From Candidatus Levyibacteriota bacterium (GTDB taxonomy: Bacteria; Patescibacteriota; Microgenomatia; Levybacterales; UBA12049), in contig DAIDHL010000004.1 in the NCBI GenBank assembly GCA_027459745.1, positions 79,240-143,239 of the forward strand: a DNA stretch of 64,000 bases. The letters run 5' to 3'. The notes below the pieces were generated by a model. That model searched no databases. It saw only the letters and a list, made by a program, of their open reading frames with translations, and had not been told where the DNA came from. Of this stretch, positions 19,224 through 30,200 are shown in pieces. Made by a program: the position numbers and the translations under genes. The first letter of the stretch is position 1; each line of letters begins with the position of its first letter.

Positions 19224-20807
19224 ATGTCAAAAGTTGAATTGCCCTCAAAAATAAGAAAAGCAATTACAGATTTCACTATTGGAACTGGCGGCGAAGAAAG
19301 ATTGCCAGTTCATCATATAATTCCTGAAGGTAATTTTGTCAGAACAGATAATGGAAATAACATTTTTCGCGAAGGCGCCAAACTGTTTGGCGTTTTTGTT
19401 AATAAGTCAGTACGATCAACTCTCACGCTCAATCCAGCTCCCCACGTACCAGACAAAATACCAGCAGAAATTGTAAAGGAAGCCTCTTCTAGAAAATTTG
19501 GCTTTATACCTGATTTAGGAGATCTAACCCAAATTGGCCCTCATTTAGTAGCTTGGTGGCAAAAACTTGATACACCATCTGAATCTACTGTTGGAGAGCA
19601 AACAGGTTCACGCTGTGACATGCTAGGATTGGCACAACTGCCTGATGAAGAGCGTAAGGATTATTTTGCTGCTATTAGTCAACAAATTGAAAATGGAATT
19701 AATTTAATGGCTGACTGTTTAGGCCTATCAGATAATGAACTCGGGAATCTAAGAGTATATGGTCTATTTGGGCATGCAACCTTAGAAGAACGTAGGCTGA
19801 TGGGTTTAAGTAGAGGTGCACAAAGCGCTCCGGATGGTCATTTAAATATTGTCTATCTACCTGAAGTAACCAGGACAAAAACTATGCCTGAAGATGTAAA
19901 GACAAAAGATATGGTTAAACAGATAGGTGCTTGGGATACCGTAGTTGAAGATCTATTCGGCAGTGGAATACAAAGAGTTATTCAGAGTACAGCTTTGCAT
20001 CGTTTAAATCCACGCGATAGAATTGAAGATAATCCTATATATGTAACTAGAGTCTCCAACAAAACAACTAGTAGTGATTTCTCCCATATGAATTTTTTTG
20101 AAGGATTCAAGATAGGCTTTGATAAGGCTATAACTATAGAGCCGTCCTTAGGCGTACTTACCGATATACTTAAAAAAGGTTCTGACCTCTATTCTGCTGC
20201 TTTATCTAACTATGAGCAATATTATAAAAATATAAAAAATCCTGAGAAGAAAAAAATTATCTTTGATAACTTAAAAGCAAGTGCTAAAGCGTTTGGTTTT
20301 CCCAATAATATGGCCGATGAATTTGCAAAATTTGTATTCTCCATAAAACCCACACATGGTCAGCTAGATAAATGGATTAAAGAGCTAGAAATTGATCAAC
20401 AGCCAAAAAATACTGCCGCAGATATTTTTAAAATTGAAGATAGTAGTTTGCTAAATCTAAAAAAAATTAAGCGTTTTTATGAAAATATGGCTAAAAGATT
20501 GAATGCTACTGGAGGCAGGGAAAGAGTAAAGAAACATCTTCAAGAAGCAAAAAAATTATCTCCTCTAGATGCAGATTTATTTTTATCAGTTATAGAAGAC
20601 AGATTCAAATTAATGGATGATCGCTCAAATAATATCTCCTCCATCATGGCTCCTTTCCTTTCCGGTAGTTATATGCTTGATTACGTAAGAGATACAACGG
20701 GGAGAATTATGGTTAAAGGGATATCACTGAGCACACGATTGGGTACAGATAAAGGTGTGGTAGAAGATTTAGGTGGTTACGTAATTGACCGTGCTACAGC
20801 TGCGTAA
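19224..20807 (+). CDS. hypothetical cytoplasmic protein (527 aa) with no recognisable domain
   Basis: Long ORF with no signal peptide, preceded by a 557-bp AT-rich intergenic region; a 7-bp inverted repeat spans its start codon. Confidence 0.6.
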   Translation: MSKVELPSKIRKAITDFTIGTGGEERLPVHHIIPEGNFVRTDNGNNIFREGAKLFGVFVNKSVRSTLTLNPAPHVPDKIPAEIVKEASSRKFGFIPDLGDLTQIGPHLVAWWQKLDTPSESTVGEQTGSRCDMLGLAQLPDEERKDYFAAISQQIENGINLMADCLGLSDNELGNLRVYGLFGHATLEERRLMGLSRGAQSAPDGHLNIVYLPEVTRTKTMPEDVKTKDMVKQIGAWDTVVEDLFGSGIQRVIQSTALHRLNPRDRIEDNPIYVTRVSNKTTSSDFSHMNFFEGFKIGFDKAITIEPSLGVLTDILKKGSDLYSAALSNYEQYYKNIKNPEKKKIIFDNLKASAKAFGFPNNMADEFAKFVFSIKPTHGQLDKWIKELEIDQQPKNTAADIFKIEDSSLLNLKKIKRFYENMAKRLNATGGRERVKKHLQEAKKLSPLDADLFLSVIEDRFKLMDDRSNNISSIMAPFLSGSYMLDYVRDTTGRIMVKGISLSTRLGTDKGVVEDLGGYVIDRATAA

Positions 20808-20862
20808 CTTATCCTCACCAAACTATTATCAAACCTTAATAAATATATATTAGAATAAATGT

Positions 20863-21774
20863 ATGAGGTATTTAATTTCCGCAGTATTATTAAGCATTAT
20901 TTTGATTTTTATTCTCATCAATCTACCCAAGATTAACTCTCAATCCTTCCAAACTAATATAACCTCACCATCATCCTCGATTTCCTCCATAAAGATACCT
21001 AATTTCAGTCATATTGTTTTAATCATAATGGAAAATAAACCGTTAAGTTCATTGCAAAATAATCCTTCAGCCAGTTATATCAACCAACTTGCGAAACAAT
21101 ATGCCTACGCAAATAATTATTCGGCCGTCACTAATCCAAGCTTGCCCAATTATTTAGCTTTAATAGGCGGAAGTACTTTTGGTATCAAATCCGATTGTAC
21201 AAATTGTTTCTTAAATAAAACTAATTTAGTCGATCGCTTACAAACCTCACATATAAGCTGGAAAGCTTATATGGAATCAATGCCTCATAGTTGTTATATA
21301 GGCAGTACTAATTTATATGCTCAAAAGCATGATCCATTTATTTATTTTGATGATATAAGGAAAAATCCAGCACGATGTAATAATATTGTACCTTATGCTT
21401 ATCTTAAATCAGATCTTACTTCTATTTCCCCTCCTCAGTTTATTTGGATTACACCCAATATCTGTAACGATATGCATAACTGCTCAATTCAAACGGGCGA
21501 TACCTGGTTATCAAAAAATATACCCAATCTTCTAAAGTCACCAATATTTACGCAGGAAAATTCGTTATTAATTATTACTTGGGACGAAGGAAATATTTAT
21601 AACAACCAAATTGCTACTATTTTGATTGGTCCACAAGTTAAGAAAGGGTATATTTCCAATCAGGAATATACACATTACTCTTTATTGCATACCATTGAGT
21701 CATCCTGGAATTTACAACCTCTTACTTCTAATGATGCTACCAGTCCGGTGATGTCTGATTTTTTCAACAAATAG
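20863..21774 (+). CDS. secreted phosphoesterase-family protein (phospholipase C / acid phosphatase AcpA-like, PF04185-like)
   Basis: Signal peptide, then HIVLIIMENKPLSS and NPSLPNYLALIGGSTFG motifs resembling the PLC/AcpA phosphoesterase family. Confidence 0.65.
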   Translation: MRYLISAVLLSIILIFILINLPKINSQSFQTNITSPSSSISSIKIPNFSHIVLIIMENKPLSSLQNNPSASYINQLAKQYAYANNYSAVTNPSLPNYLALIGGSTFGIKSDCTNCFLNKTNLVDRLQTSHISWKAYMESMPHSCYIGSTNLYAQKHDPFIYFDDIRKNPARCNNIVPYAYLKSDLTSISPPQFIWITPNICNDMHNCSIQTGDTWLSKNIPNLLKSPIFTQENSLLIITWDEGNIYNNQIATILIGPQVKKGYISNQEYTHYSLLHTIESSWNLQPLTSNDATSPVMSDFFNK

Positions 21775-21799
21775 GAGGGGACAAGAAATTTAATTAGTA

Positions 21800-22687
21800 T
21801 TAGAACCACTTTTTATTATCTGTAGATTTATCAAACTCTTCTAATAATTCCTTTTGTCTTTTATTTACATTTTTGGGTACAACTATTTTAATTTTGACAT
21901 AATGATCACCCCGTCCTGAGGAACGCAAACGAGGCATACCTTTGCCAGACAAGCGAATTAAAGTACCCGGCTGAGTTCCTGAGGGAATTTTAATTTTTAC
22001 ACTATCATCTACTGTCCTAACCTCTAGTTGCATACCCAATACTGCCTGAGGGAAAGTTATCTCTTCTTCCGTAATAATATCTGCTCCCTCTCGTTGGAAA
22101 TGCTTATCTGGAATAACGTCAAGTACTACATCATAAGTCTCAAATCTAATCCGCGAACCGGTATCAACTCCGGCCGGAATTTTAATTTTTTGTTTCTTAT
22201 TTTCAATTGTAACTTCTCTTTCTACTCCTTTTACCGCATCAGCAAAAGAGATTGTCAAGGAATAAACTGGACGTCTAGCCTGGCGAAAACCACCTCCAAA
22301 AAATTGCTCGAATATATCAAATGGATCAGAAAAACCACCAAAATCAAAATCCTGCCCATTATTACCTCCACTTGTGTAAGTATAACTGAAGGGTCCATAT
22401 TGTCCTCCGCCTGCGAAAGGATTTCCACTAAACGGACCTTGGCCACCTGCACCAGCACCTGGTCCCTCAAAAGCAGCCGCACCGAACTGATCATAAGTTT
22501 GACGTTTTTGCGGATCGCCTAAAACCTCATAGGCCTTGTTAATTTCTTTAAATTTCTCTTCTGCTTCTTTAGTTTTATTACGATCCGGATGATACTGCAA
22601 TGCTAACTTGCGATAAGCACGTTTAAGTTCCTCCGCTGAAGCAGATTTGGAAACACCCAAAATTGAATAATAATCTTGATTTGCCAT
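21800..22687 (-). CDS. dnaJ: DnaJ-family co-chaperone lacking the Cys-rich zinc-finger domain (CbpA-like)
   Basis: J domain with HPD (DYYSILGV...YHPDRN), a G/F-rich region and C-terminal substrate-binding domains, but no CxxCxGxG repeats. The likely true start is the ATG at 22687; the track starts at a TTG at 22699. Confidence 0.85.
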   Translation of the reverse strand: MANQDYYSILGVSKSASAEELKRAYRKLALQYHPDRNKTKEAEEKFKEINKAYEVLGDPQKRQTYDQFGAAAFEGPGAGAGGQGPFSGNPFAGGGQYGPFSYTYTSGGNNGQDFDFGGFSDPFDIFEQFFGGGFRQARRPVYSLTISFADAVKGVEREVTIENKKQKIKIPAGVDTGSRIRFETYDVVLDVIPDKHFQREGADIITEEEITFPQAVLGMQLEVRTVDDSVKIKIPSGTQPGTLIRLSGKGMPRLRSSGRGDHYVKIKIVVPKNVNKRQKELLEEFDKSTDNKKWF

Positions 22688-22699
22688 ATATTTAAACAA

Positions 22700-22792
22700 A
22701 AAAAGCGCTTTCGCGCTTGGATCTTTGTCATGCTGACTTAATTCAGCATCCTCGAAATAACCATAGAAGATTCTGAACCAAGTTCAGAATGA
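22700..22792 (-). terminator. cluster of three hairpins (the last with a GNRA loop and T7 tract) between dnaK and dnaJ; an intrinsic terminator or attenuator
   Basis: On the minus strand: TTCTGAAC-ttg-GTTCAGAA, ATGCTGA-attaag-TCAGCAT, and AAGCGC-gaaa-GCGCTT followed by TTTTTTT, all immediately before the dnaJ start. Confidence 0.6.
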
Positions 22793-22798
22793 CTTGCA

Positions 22799-24691
22799 TT
22801 ACTCAACTACTTCGCCTTCTTGAGCATCTTTTGCCTTATCATCAGTCTTACCGTCTTTTTCTTCTTTTTCAATTTCTTCTTCTTTTTGTGCCTGCTGGCC
22901 TTGCTGATATGCAGCCTGACCAATCTTTTGTAGTGAATCAGACAATTCGCGTGTTTTTGTTTCCAAATCCTCCTTAGATCCTGAATCTAAAATATCTTTC
23001 AGAGCTTTAATCTTTTCTTCTACCTCTGTCTTTACATCCGCCGCTACCTTATCACCTGCATCCTTTAAGGATTTTTCTGCTGTAAAGATCAGAGAATCAG
23101 CCTGGTTGCGCGCTTCCACTTTGCCTCTTTTCTCTTCATCTTCAGCAGCATGAGCTTCGGCTTCTTTAGTCATCTTCTCTACTTCTTCTTTTGATAAACC
23201 AGTTGAACCTGAAATCTTAATTGATTGTACTTTACCTGAAGCTTTATCTTGTGCTTTTACATGCAAAATACCACTAGCATCAATATCAAAAGTAACTTCA
23301 ATTTGTGGCATACCACGAGGAGCTGGTGGGATACCGTCCAAAATGAAACGGCCCAAAGACTTATTATCAGCTGCCATTGGACGCTCACCCTGCAGAATAT
23401 TAATTTCTACTTGAGTCTGGTTATCAGCAGCTGTGGAATAAACCTGAGATTTAGAGCTAGGAATAGTGGTATTGCGTGGAATTAAAGGTGAAGAAACTCC
23501 ACCCAAAGTTTCCAAACCTAAAGTCAAAGGAGTCACATCAAGTAATAACACATCTTTAACATCTCCAGACAACACCCCACCTTGCACAGCTGCACCAACG
23601 GCCACTACCTCATCCGGATTTACTGATTTGTTAGGTTCTTTACCAAAATATGACTTAACAGTCTCTATTACTTTAGGCATACGAGTCATACCACCTACCA
23701 TGACAACTTCATGCACATCAGATGCTTTAATACCTGCATCTTTTAAGGCCAGTTCAACAGGTTTTAAGGTTTTTTGAATTAACTCATCTACCAACTGTTC
23801 TAACTTTGCTCGGGTCAAGGTCATAGTCAAATGTAAAGGACCATTAGAACCCTGGGTAATAAATGGTTGATTAATTTGTGCTTCCTGAGATGATGACAAT
23901 TCAATCTTGGCTTTTTCTGCTGATTCACGCAAACGCTGTAAAGCTTGAGAATCTTTACGCAAATCTATATTATTTTCCTTTTTAAATTCTTCAGCTATAT
24001 AGTCAACGATTTTTTGATCAAAATCATCTCCACCCAAATGGGTATCACCATTGGTAGACTTAACCTCGGTCACACCTTCTCCTAATTCCAGAATAGAAAT
24101 ATCAAAAGTTCCCCCGCCCAGATCATATACGGCAATCGTATGAGCTTCTTTTTTATCCAAACCATAAGCCAAAGCAGCCGCAGTTGGCTCATTAATGATG
24201 CGTAATACTTCCAATCCGGCAATTTCTCCGGCTTGTTTGGTAGCTTGACGCTGTGAGTCATCAAAATATGCAGGCACAGTAATTACGGCCTGTGTGACTT
24301 TATCACCCAGATAAGCTTCTGCATCAGCTTTGATTTTTTGTAAAATCATGGCAGAGACTTCCTGTGGAGTATAGGTTTTCCCATCTACTTCTACTACAGC
24401 CATATCATCACGACCAGCTTTAACAGTATATGGCAACCATTTAATATCAAATTGCACTGATTTGTCATGGAATTTCTTTCCCATTAAGCGCTTGATAGAA
24501 TAAATAGTTTCTTTTGGTTTTAAGACTAATTGTCGTTTAGCTACGTCACCGACTACGTGCGTTTTTGGATCAACCACGGAAGGAATTGTGTTGCGTCCTT
24601 CGGCAGAATGAATCACTTTGGGTGACCCACCTTCCATTACGGCTACACATGAATTTGTTGTACCTAAATCAATACCAATTATTTTCCCCAT
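22799..24691 (-). CDS. dnaK: molecular chaperone DnaK (Hsp70)
   Basis: [32 protein letters not shown] and other Hsp70 signatures, with an acidic EEVD-like C-terminus. Confidence 0.97.
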   Translation of the reverse strand: MGKIIGIDLGTTNSCVAVMEGGSPKVIHSAEGRNTIPSVVDPKTHVVGDVAKRQLVLKPKETIYSIKRLMGKKFHDKSVQFDIKWLPYTVKAGRDDMAVVEVDGKTYTPQEVSAMILQKIKADAEAYLGDKVTQAVITVPAYFDDSQRQATKQAGEIAGLEVLRIINEPTAAALAYGLDKKEAHTIAVYDLGGGTFDISILELGEGVTEVKSTNGDTHLGGDDFDQKIVDYIAEEFKKENNIDLRKDSQALQRLRESAEKAKIELSSSQEAQINQPFITQGSNGPLHLTMTLTRAKLEQLVDELIQKTLKPVELALKDAGIKASDVHEVVMVGGMTRMPKVIETVKSYFGKEPNKSVNPDEVVAVGAAVQGGVLSGDVKDVLLLDVTPLTLGLETLGGVSSPLIPRNTTIPSSKSQVYSTAADNQTQVEINILQGERPMAADNKSLGRFILDGIPPAPRGMPQIEVTFDIDASGILHVKAQDKASGKVQSIKISGSTGLSKEEVEKMTKEAEAHAAEDEEKRGKVEARNQADSLIFTAEKSLKDAGDKVAADVKTEVEEKIKALKDILDSGSKEDLETKTRELSDSLQKIGQAAYQQGQQAQKEEEIEKEEKDGKTDDKAKDAQEGEVVE

Positions 24692-24698
24692 ATTTTTA

Positions 24699-25217
24699 TT
24701 AATTACTTGCTTTGCCTACTGTTACTTCTGCTGCTCTTAATAGCTTATCGTGTAACATAAATCCGGCTCTCACTTCATCTATTACTCTTCCTTCTTCGCC
24801 TTCAACTACTTGTATGGCTTCCATTATCATCGGATCAAACTTTTTCCCTTTTGTCTCAATCCTTGTCACACCTTCATCTTTCAATGCGTCAATAAATTGA
24901 GCAATACTCACTAATAAGTTCTGATCTGTTGAGTGTTTACTAGCCAGCATTAGTGTATCTAAAACTGGCAACATTTTCAAGAGAATATTTTTACCTGCAC
25001 TTTTAATCCACTCAACTCTTTCCTCTCTAGAACGTTTTTCCAGATTCTGATAATCTGCTATGGCCCGCATATATTTGGCCTTATATTCCTCTATCTCTTG
25101 CTCTAGTTTGCCTATTTGTTCATTTGTTTCCTCAACCTCTGGCTCATTTGTCGCGTCTGTCACCTTTAATTCTTCTGATTCATTATCAATTGCTTGTTGT
25201 TTTTTCTTACTATCCAT
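24699..25217 (-). CDS. grpE: nucleotide exchange factor GrpE
   Basis: Coiled-coil N-terminus plus the GrpE C-terminal beta domain; it sits between hrcA and dnaK. Confidence 0.9.
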   Translation of the reverse strand: MDSKKKQQAIDNESEELKVTDATNEPEVEETNEQIGKLEQEIEEYKAKYMRAIADYQNLEKRSREERVEWIKSAGKNILLKMLPVLDTLMLASKHSTDQNLLVSIAQFIDALKDEGVTRIETKGKKFDPMIMEAIQVVEGEEGRVIDEVRAGFMLHDKLLRAAEVTVGKASN

Positions 25218-25226
25218 AAATTTTAA

Positions 25227-25967
25227 TTATCTTACTCCCAATAATTCTTCAATCAATGTGCCAAAGTAACGCACAGTCGGTATAACTTGTTGATAATCCA
25301 ATCTAACCGGACCTAATACTCCAATCTGACCGATTTGGTCTAAGGGAGTATGATACTGAGTAAATACGAAACCATACGGTCCGTTTAATCTGGAACCTAA
25401 ATCCTCTCCAACTAAAACATATGTATCATCCTCCATAGGAGTTTGCGTTAGGTGAGCAAATAAATTTTGAAAATAATCATATTCATCGATAGTAGCCAAC
25501 AGATTTTTTGTTACATCAATATCAAAAAATTCCGGCATATCCAAAATATATGAATAACCAGCTGTATACATCGTACCATCACCACTTGTAGATATAGCTA
25601 AAGTTTTAGTTTTTTCGGCCAAAGATTTTGTAACTTCTTTCATGAAACGGTTCATCTGGTCACGATAATCCCACACTTTTTCTTTCATAGCTACTTCCTC
25701 AACCGTTGAAAGTTCTTTTTCTTTCATTAACTCTTTGACGTAAAGTTTCATACCATCAGCTGTAGGTATACGTCCGGCTGAAGAGTGGGGTTTCTTAAGA
25801 TAACCTAATTCCGATAAACGTACCATTTCGTTGCGAATGGTCGCGGGTGATGCACTTAGATTATGCTTCTTTTCAATCGTCTCACTACCGACGGGTTCCG
25901 CCGTATCAATATATTCTTCAATTATACTTTTAAGAATATCTATTTGTCGCTGTGTGAGATTATGCAT
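25227..25967 (-). CDS. hrcA: heat-inducible transcription repressor HrcA
   Basis: The LTQRQIDILKSIIEEYIDTAEPVGSETI...SPATIRNEMVRLSELGYLKKPHSSAGRIPT winged-helix region is typical of HrcA. The track ORF extends to 26033, but the start is more likely the internal MHNLTQ Met at 25967. Confidence 0.8.
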   Translation of the reverse strand: MHNLTQRQIDILKSIIEEYIDTAEPVGSETIEKKHNLSASPATIRNEMVRLSELGYLKKPHSSAGRIPTADGMKLYVKELMKEKELSTVEEVAMKEKVWDYRDQMNRFMKEVTKSLAEKTKTLAISTSGDGTMYTAGYSYILDMPEFFDIDVTKNLLATIDEYDYFQNLFAHLTQTPMEDDTYVLVGEDLGSRLNGPYGFVFTQYHTPLDQIGQIGVLGPVRLDYQQVIPTVRYFGTLIEELLGVR

Positions 25968-26025
25968 AATTAGCAAAATAATAGCACGAGTGCCAACTGT
26001 TGTCAAGAAGCCGAAATATATCTTA

Positions 26026-26388
26026 TCAAACAACAGATAAATGAGGTAGTCTACTGTTTTTCCATTTTTTTCTTAACAAACTCGCTGCAGTATCTCTCAA
26101 TAATATAACTTGACCTCGTTTAAGTGATCCACCTATATGAATAATATCATCTGGTTTATTTAATTTTTGTAAATATCGGATTATAACCAAACCACTTTCA
26201 TCATTGACTACTCGACCACCTGGCTTCAAACGATCAACAATATTCATTGCCAACATTGAGGCATAAAACCTATGACCTTCTGACAATGCTCCATACCTGC
26301 TTCTGTATGAAGGTTTTATACTTGCTGATGATAATATCTCACGTGCTAAAGCCATAAAAGCCACTGTAGTTTTAGCACTAAAACACAC
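26026..26388 (-). CDS. small hypothetical ORF upstream of hrcA (possible methyltransferase-like remnant)
   Basis: 110-120 aa containing an LKPGGRVV motif, which is common in SAM-methyltransferases, but no complete fold. It may be non-coding leader sequence. Confidence 0.25.
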   Translation of the reverse strand: MCFSAKTTVAFMALAREILSSASIKPSYRSRYGALSEGHRFYASMLAMNIVDRLKPGGRVVNDESGLVIIRYLQKLNKPDDIIHIGGSLKRGQVILLRDTAASLLRKKWKNSRLPHLSVV

Positions 26389-26433
26389 GCTTAGTCAAGC
26401 TGGCATCATATATTTTGTGCTAACATAAATAAA

Positions 26434-26820
26434 ATGCAAATAAAAATAAGAAAAATTAATATCTTTAATCGGTTTTTTTATCTTTTACTCACCTTAATCA
26501 GCTTTGCTTCGATTGTTTACGTAATTAACATGTATTCTCCCCAAGATAACATCAACTTTCAAATTGATGCTTTCAAATTATCTTCTGTTTTTCTTTTATA
26601 TCTCTTAATTTTTCTGTTTTTTCTTTTTTTAATGAAAACTTTAACCAGACACTTTGTTCATGGTCTTAGTTTGGGGATTTTTGTCTTGGGTTTTCTGCTA
26701 TTGAAATCAAATAATTTTTTTCAACCTAGTTTAATAGGATTGTTGGTACTACTTATATTCGTAGTAGAATTTGCCTTCTGGCCAAAGAGAAACAAACAGC
26801 AAAAGCTCCCTAGGAATTAG
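26434..26820 (+). CDS. small polytopic membrane protein
   Basis: 128 aa with three or four hydrophobic helices. Confidence 0.4.
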   Translation: MQIKIRKINIFNRFFYLLLTLISFASIVYVINMYSPQDNINFQIDAFKLSSVFLLYLLIFLFFLFLMKTLTRHFVHGLSLGIFVLGFLLLKSNNFFQPSLIGLLVLLIFVVEFAFWPKRNKQQKLPRN

Positions 26821-26848
26821 AATTTAATCTTCACCAACCAGGGAGCTT
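26803..26848. terminator. long imperfect hairpin between convergent genes (possible bidirectional terminator)
   Basis: AAGCTCCCTAGG ... CCAGGGAGCTT forms an 11-bp stem with one bulge and a 23-nt loop between the 26434-26820 (+) and 26851-27216 (-) genes. Confidence 0.3.
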
Positions 26849-26850
26849 AA

Positions 26851-27216
26851 TTAGTTTTGATTTTTAGTGACTTGCTCTTTGATGGTCGAGACTACTGTTT
26901 TAAGTTCTTCTTTCAATTTATTTACTTCTTCTTGCGCAATCGCGTCCAAATTTGGCACACGTCCCGCTAAATAAGTATATACCGCGTTCTCTTCTTCAGG
27001 TCTCAATTCCAAATCTGCAATCATTTTTTCGTCTTCATCAGTCAACACAGCAGATATTCTAGTAAAAATTCTGTTTAAAACAGTATCTATCATAGTATCC
27101 ATCATTTGTTGTTTCTTCTCGTCTGAAATGCCTTCTAAACCAAGCCCTGCGAACAAATCTTGTGTCTGTTCAGGAGTCAAAATATTTGGTGTTTGTGTTT
27201 TATTTTGTTGATCCAA
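26851..27216 (-). CDS. small acidic hypothetical protein
   Basis: 121 aa; it lies 15 bp downstream of the 1031-aa gene on the same strand. Confidence 0.45.
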   Translation of the reverse strand: MDQQNKTQTPNILTPEQTQDLFAGLGLEGISDEKKQQMMDTMIDTVLNRIFTRISAVLTDEDEKMIADLELRPEEENAVYTYLAGRVPNLDAIAQEEVNKLKEELKTVVSTIKEQVTKNQN

Positions 27217-27231
27217 TTGTATTCACCTCCT

Positions 27232-30200
27232 TTAAGCCGCTTTTGCAGTTAGTTCTGCAAGTGAATTAAAATCAAATGGCTTAATCCCTGCTTGTCCCCA
27301 AATGTCTCCGCTTGGCATTTTCCATACTAATGTTTTACCATCAGCACCTAAATGTTGTAGTAAGTCAGGATGACTAGAACTAATCATACCAGGATTTAAT
27401 CGTTTGACCAGATCCTCATAATTAATAACTCCCTTTGCCACTTCATGTGGATGACTATGCACCCATTCGCTAAATAACCGACTTTGCAAAGGATTATCTT
27501 GATTATAGAATTGTCCAAACATATGTTGTCTAAGTGAACCCAAAGCTCTACCGTACAAACTAGATACTTTATCATGGTCAGGTCCTAATTCACTAATAAG
27601 TGCTTTGTTCCAAGTCGTGTCAGGATGGGAATTAAAACTATATTCTTGATAAGGTATGCCATTTTGTACATGTTCAGTGCTAGCAGCACTGGTCACAGCT
27701 TGATGCGCCTCATTACCTCCCGGCACAAAGTGCCCATGTACTATAGAGTCTAACAATCCTGTGGTTACGCCGGTGGCCAAACCAACCACTACCCACTTTT
27801 TGAAGTTGGCTTTTCTATCACCTATCAATAAATCATTTCGTTGCGCTGTTTCATTGTTGACATTATTAAGTTTTTTAGCCTCTTCAGGCTCACTGGAAGT
27901 TTCTTTCATAAAACCAATAAGAAGGTCGGCAGTAGTATCAGGATTATTAAAATCACGAACTGGCTTGCCGTCAGTACCAACTTCAGCCAAACTTGCTCTC
28001 AATCTAGTAGTCATATCTTCTTGTAATCTACGTCTTATCTCCGCATCAATATTTTTTTGCTGTCCACTAACTTCTTCTACACGCCTATTTAATCTATTTA
28101 TATCCAACCTTTGCCTCATCCTTTGCAACTCGGCAGTGCTGATTCTATATCCTCCAGCCTTATCAGGATCTGCTAAAATAGTGTCATTATCAGACAACTG
28201 ATTTTCTCGACGGCTCATTTCTTCTGGAGAAAGAGTTCTATTTTCGGCTAGTCTGCCTGCATTCCATTCCATAGCTGTCCTTGCTATTGCCTCATTTCCA
28301 TATATCCTCAATCCCGTTCTTGCCGCCATAAACGCAGCAGTTAAGGGCACCATACCTGTGGCAGCTGAGGCAATAGTAGCACCATTGAGAGCCAAACCAA
28401 GTGCCATACGTATACGCGGATGATTACGTAAAGCACCCAACGTGGCGATAGTGCGCAAACGTCCTAAGACAGTTTTATCTCTCGTTATTAGGTCAGCCAA
28501 CTCTGCTTCTGATAGATTGTTCATCTCATTAAGATGTTCCTGCACGACTTCTGCTACCAATTCTTGTTGTTCTCTTTCAGTCTTTGCTTTCTCTGCCTCT
28601 AATCGAGTCTTTTTAGCATCTTCTGTTTCATCAGCTGGAACTTCTGGCTTAGGATTTTTCGCGTCTTCTAATTGTTGTTGTAGTCTTTTTCTTTCAGCGA
28701 TCAAGCGATCTCTGCTTTCTCTTGCGCTATCATAAGCTTGAGTTGCATTTTTCAGTTCGCCTTCTTTAAATCTACCAATTAGGAATCTTCCAGCTTTCCT
28801 TCTAGCTTCTATATATTCACGACGTGCCTGAGTTAAAGAACCTTCTATATGTACTCTATTACCATTAACCATGACAAAATCACCATCAATAGTTTCATCA
28901 AAACCACTACGCTTATCATAACCATCCATTTCACTTATTCTCTTATTTATTTCTCTCAATTCATTTGTAATACGAGTCTCTTCTGAGGAAGGAGTATGTT
29001 CTGGTACGAAACCTGGTGGAATTTCTGGGCCATATAAAGGAGGTAACTCTGGACCATAAATAGGACCCAATTCTTCATCTTTTTTACCGGCTCCACCATC
29101 TTTTCCATCAGCACCATCTTTACCAGCTCCACCATCTTTTCCATCAGCACCATCTTTACCAGCTCCACCATCTTTTCCATCAGCACCATCTTTACCAGCT
29201 CCACCATCAGCACCGTCTTTACCAGCTCCACCATCAGCACCATCTTTACCAGTTCCACCATCAGCACCGTCTTTACCGGCTCCACCATCTCTACCAGCTC
29301 CACCGTCTTTTCCATCAGCACCGTTCGTATCCCACCAATTTATTTGCCTACCAGCTATATCTTCTAATCGACCTCTTATAACATCTTGCTCACTAGGAGT
29401 ATCATCTACATCAGGTTCTGGCAAACCATTTGCTTCTCTGAATTTTTTTGCCTCTTCTAATGCATCTGTCAAACTCCTTCTAGAAGATATTGCTGAAGAA
29501 TCCACATTTGTAGTTCCTTTATCTGAACCTATTGTAGGAAATTCTATACTAACGTTAGTTGTGGGAGAAGTACTAAAAGTTCTAGTTGAGGAATGCTGAC
29601 TTACTCTCGGTGTCAAGGGATTTTCGTTAGCTACAGGCTCACTATTACTAGTCTCTCCGCCTACTTCATCAGTAGTTGGGGGTTGCACCATGACGACTTC
29701 TTGTTGTTGCCTTTCTGTATCCTTACTAATTTGGGGGATAAGTACTCTATCAGGAGTTCCAGTCAATAGTGGTTGATCTGGTTTTGGGTTTAACTGTAAA
29801 GGAACGTCAACTCCACCCAATTGTGGGACATCCGGACGACCTGTCAGCTGAGGAATCTCATCTCCAGGCTTGGGATTTAACATTTTGAACTCAGGTCTAC
29901 CTGTTAATAAGGGAGTATCTACCACTGGAGCAACATTTAGTAACTTAGGATCTTCACCTGGTTTAGGATTTAATAACCTTTGACTATGTGGTAACTGAGA
30001 TTGCTCTTGCTGCTGAGATTCAGAAGAAACTTGAGATTCAGATGCATCTTGAGAGAATCCCTGTGAAGTAGTAGTAGAATAATTATTATTTTCATTTTTT
30101 CCCAAACCAAAACGATTGAGAATTCCACGAGCTGCAGTTTGTATGGCCCTACCCGCAACTAAATCTGGCCTATTAACATCTACTCTAACTGATCCACCCG

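Noticed and set aside
22028-22522. 164-aa plus-strand ORF and the 79-aa ORF 22255-22494
   Set aside because: They lie antisense or out of frame within dnaJ.
23249-23777. Plus-strand ORFs inside dnaK
   Set aside because: They are antisense to dnaK with no supporting features.
26341-26425. Possible CIRCE (HrcA operator) upstream of hrcA
   Set aside because: Only isolated half-sites are present (GTGCTAA at 26343 and 26417, TTAGCAC at 26372), with spacings of about 22 and 36 nt instead of 9. No TTAGCACTC-N9-GAGTGCTAA was found. I recorded the shared TTAGTCAAGCTG motif as the more likely regulatory site.
27761-28735. Plus-strand ORFs 27761-28201, 27841-28026 and 28442-28735
   Set aside because: They are antisense to the 1031-aa gene, with Ser/Leu-rich translations typical of the reverse frame of an acidic protein.
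29080-29325. Regularly spaced 36-bp tandem repeats that could at first glance be a CRISPR array or minisatellite
   Set aside because: The repeats are contiguous with no unique spacers, in frame, and inside a long ORF. They encode collagen-like GADGKDGGAGKD units. The overlapping ORF 28956-29321 (MVELVKMV...) is a frame artefact of the same repeat.
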